DNA from: Chiloscyllium plagiosum
Lineage: Eukaryota
Assembly: GCF_004010195.1 (NCBI RefSeq)
Contig: NC_057750.1
Coordinates: 7,260,530 to 7,324,529 of the forward strand
DNA length: 64,000 bases
Direction: 5' to 3'
Shown piece after piece: positions 63,610-64,000 of the stretch (within the stretch, counting starts at the first letter, position 1; the number at the start of each line of letters is the position of its first letter). A program made the position numbers and the translations under genes. The notes beneath the pieces are model-generated. The model saw only the letters and a list, made by a program, of their open reading frames with translations, was not told where the DNA came from and made no database searches.

Positions 63610-63970
63610 GAGAGTCATACAGCACGGAAACAGATCCCTCGGTCCACCTAGTCTGAGGGCAAAGACCTTTGCCATTCTCGTTATCTATTACCCTCATGAG
63701 TTTATAAACTTCTATAAGGTCACCCTTCAGCCTCCGATGCTCCTGGGAAAATAGCTCCAGTCTATCCATGTCTTTATGACTCAAACCATCCAGTTTTAAG
63801 GTGGATAGCAAAGGTCCTTTCCCGATCCATACCCCTCATGAATTTATAAATCTCTGTAAGGTCACCCCCCTCAACCTCCTACGCTCCAGGGAATACAGTC
63901 CCAGCCTCTCTCTATAGCTGAAACCCTCTATTCTTGGCAAGATCCTGGTAAATCTCTTCTGAACCCTCTC
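63610..63970 (-). mobile_element. Two overlapping CR1 3' fragments
   Basis: LELFSQEHRRLKGDLIEVYKLM; a second homologous segment at 63815-63970. Confidence 0.85.
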
Positions 63971-64000
63971 CTTGTTTCCATCTTTATTTCAAAAATACAC

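Overview
This is eukaryotic draft-assembly DNA with eight N-gaps, almost certainly from a cartilaginous fish (shark), judged from abundant HE1-type V-SINEs and their HER1/CR1 partner LINEs. Most of the window is decayed, nested transposable elements: CR1/HER1 LINE fragments, several tRNA-derived SINE families, Penelope-like elements (PLEs), a Rex1/Babar-like fragment, a Tx1-like L1-clade 3' end and short LTR-like repeats, plus several mini- and microsatellites. I recognise no intact host gene; nearly all listed ORFs are TE remnants, repeat translations or gap artefacts. Two weak host-gene signals lie in unique sequence: a possible terminal coding exon at about 2.3 kb (+) and a possible TATA promoter with first exon at about 59.1-59.3 kb (+). 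The most notable feature is a dense set of short, often palindromic, TSD-flanked PLE-derived insertions carrying minimal hammerhead-ribozyme motifs of several distinct sequence families. PLE hammerheads are a known phenomenon, so this is interesting but not demonstrably a new system. Family names come from recalled motifs, not database searches, and boundaries of decayed repeats are approximate.
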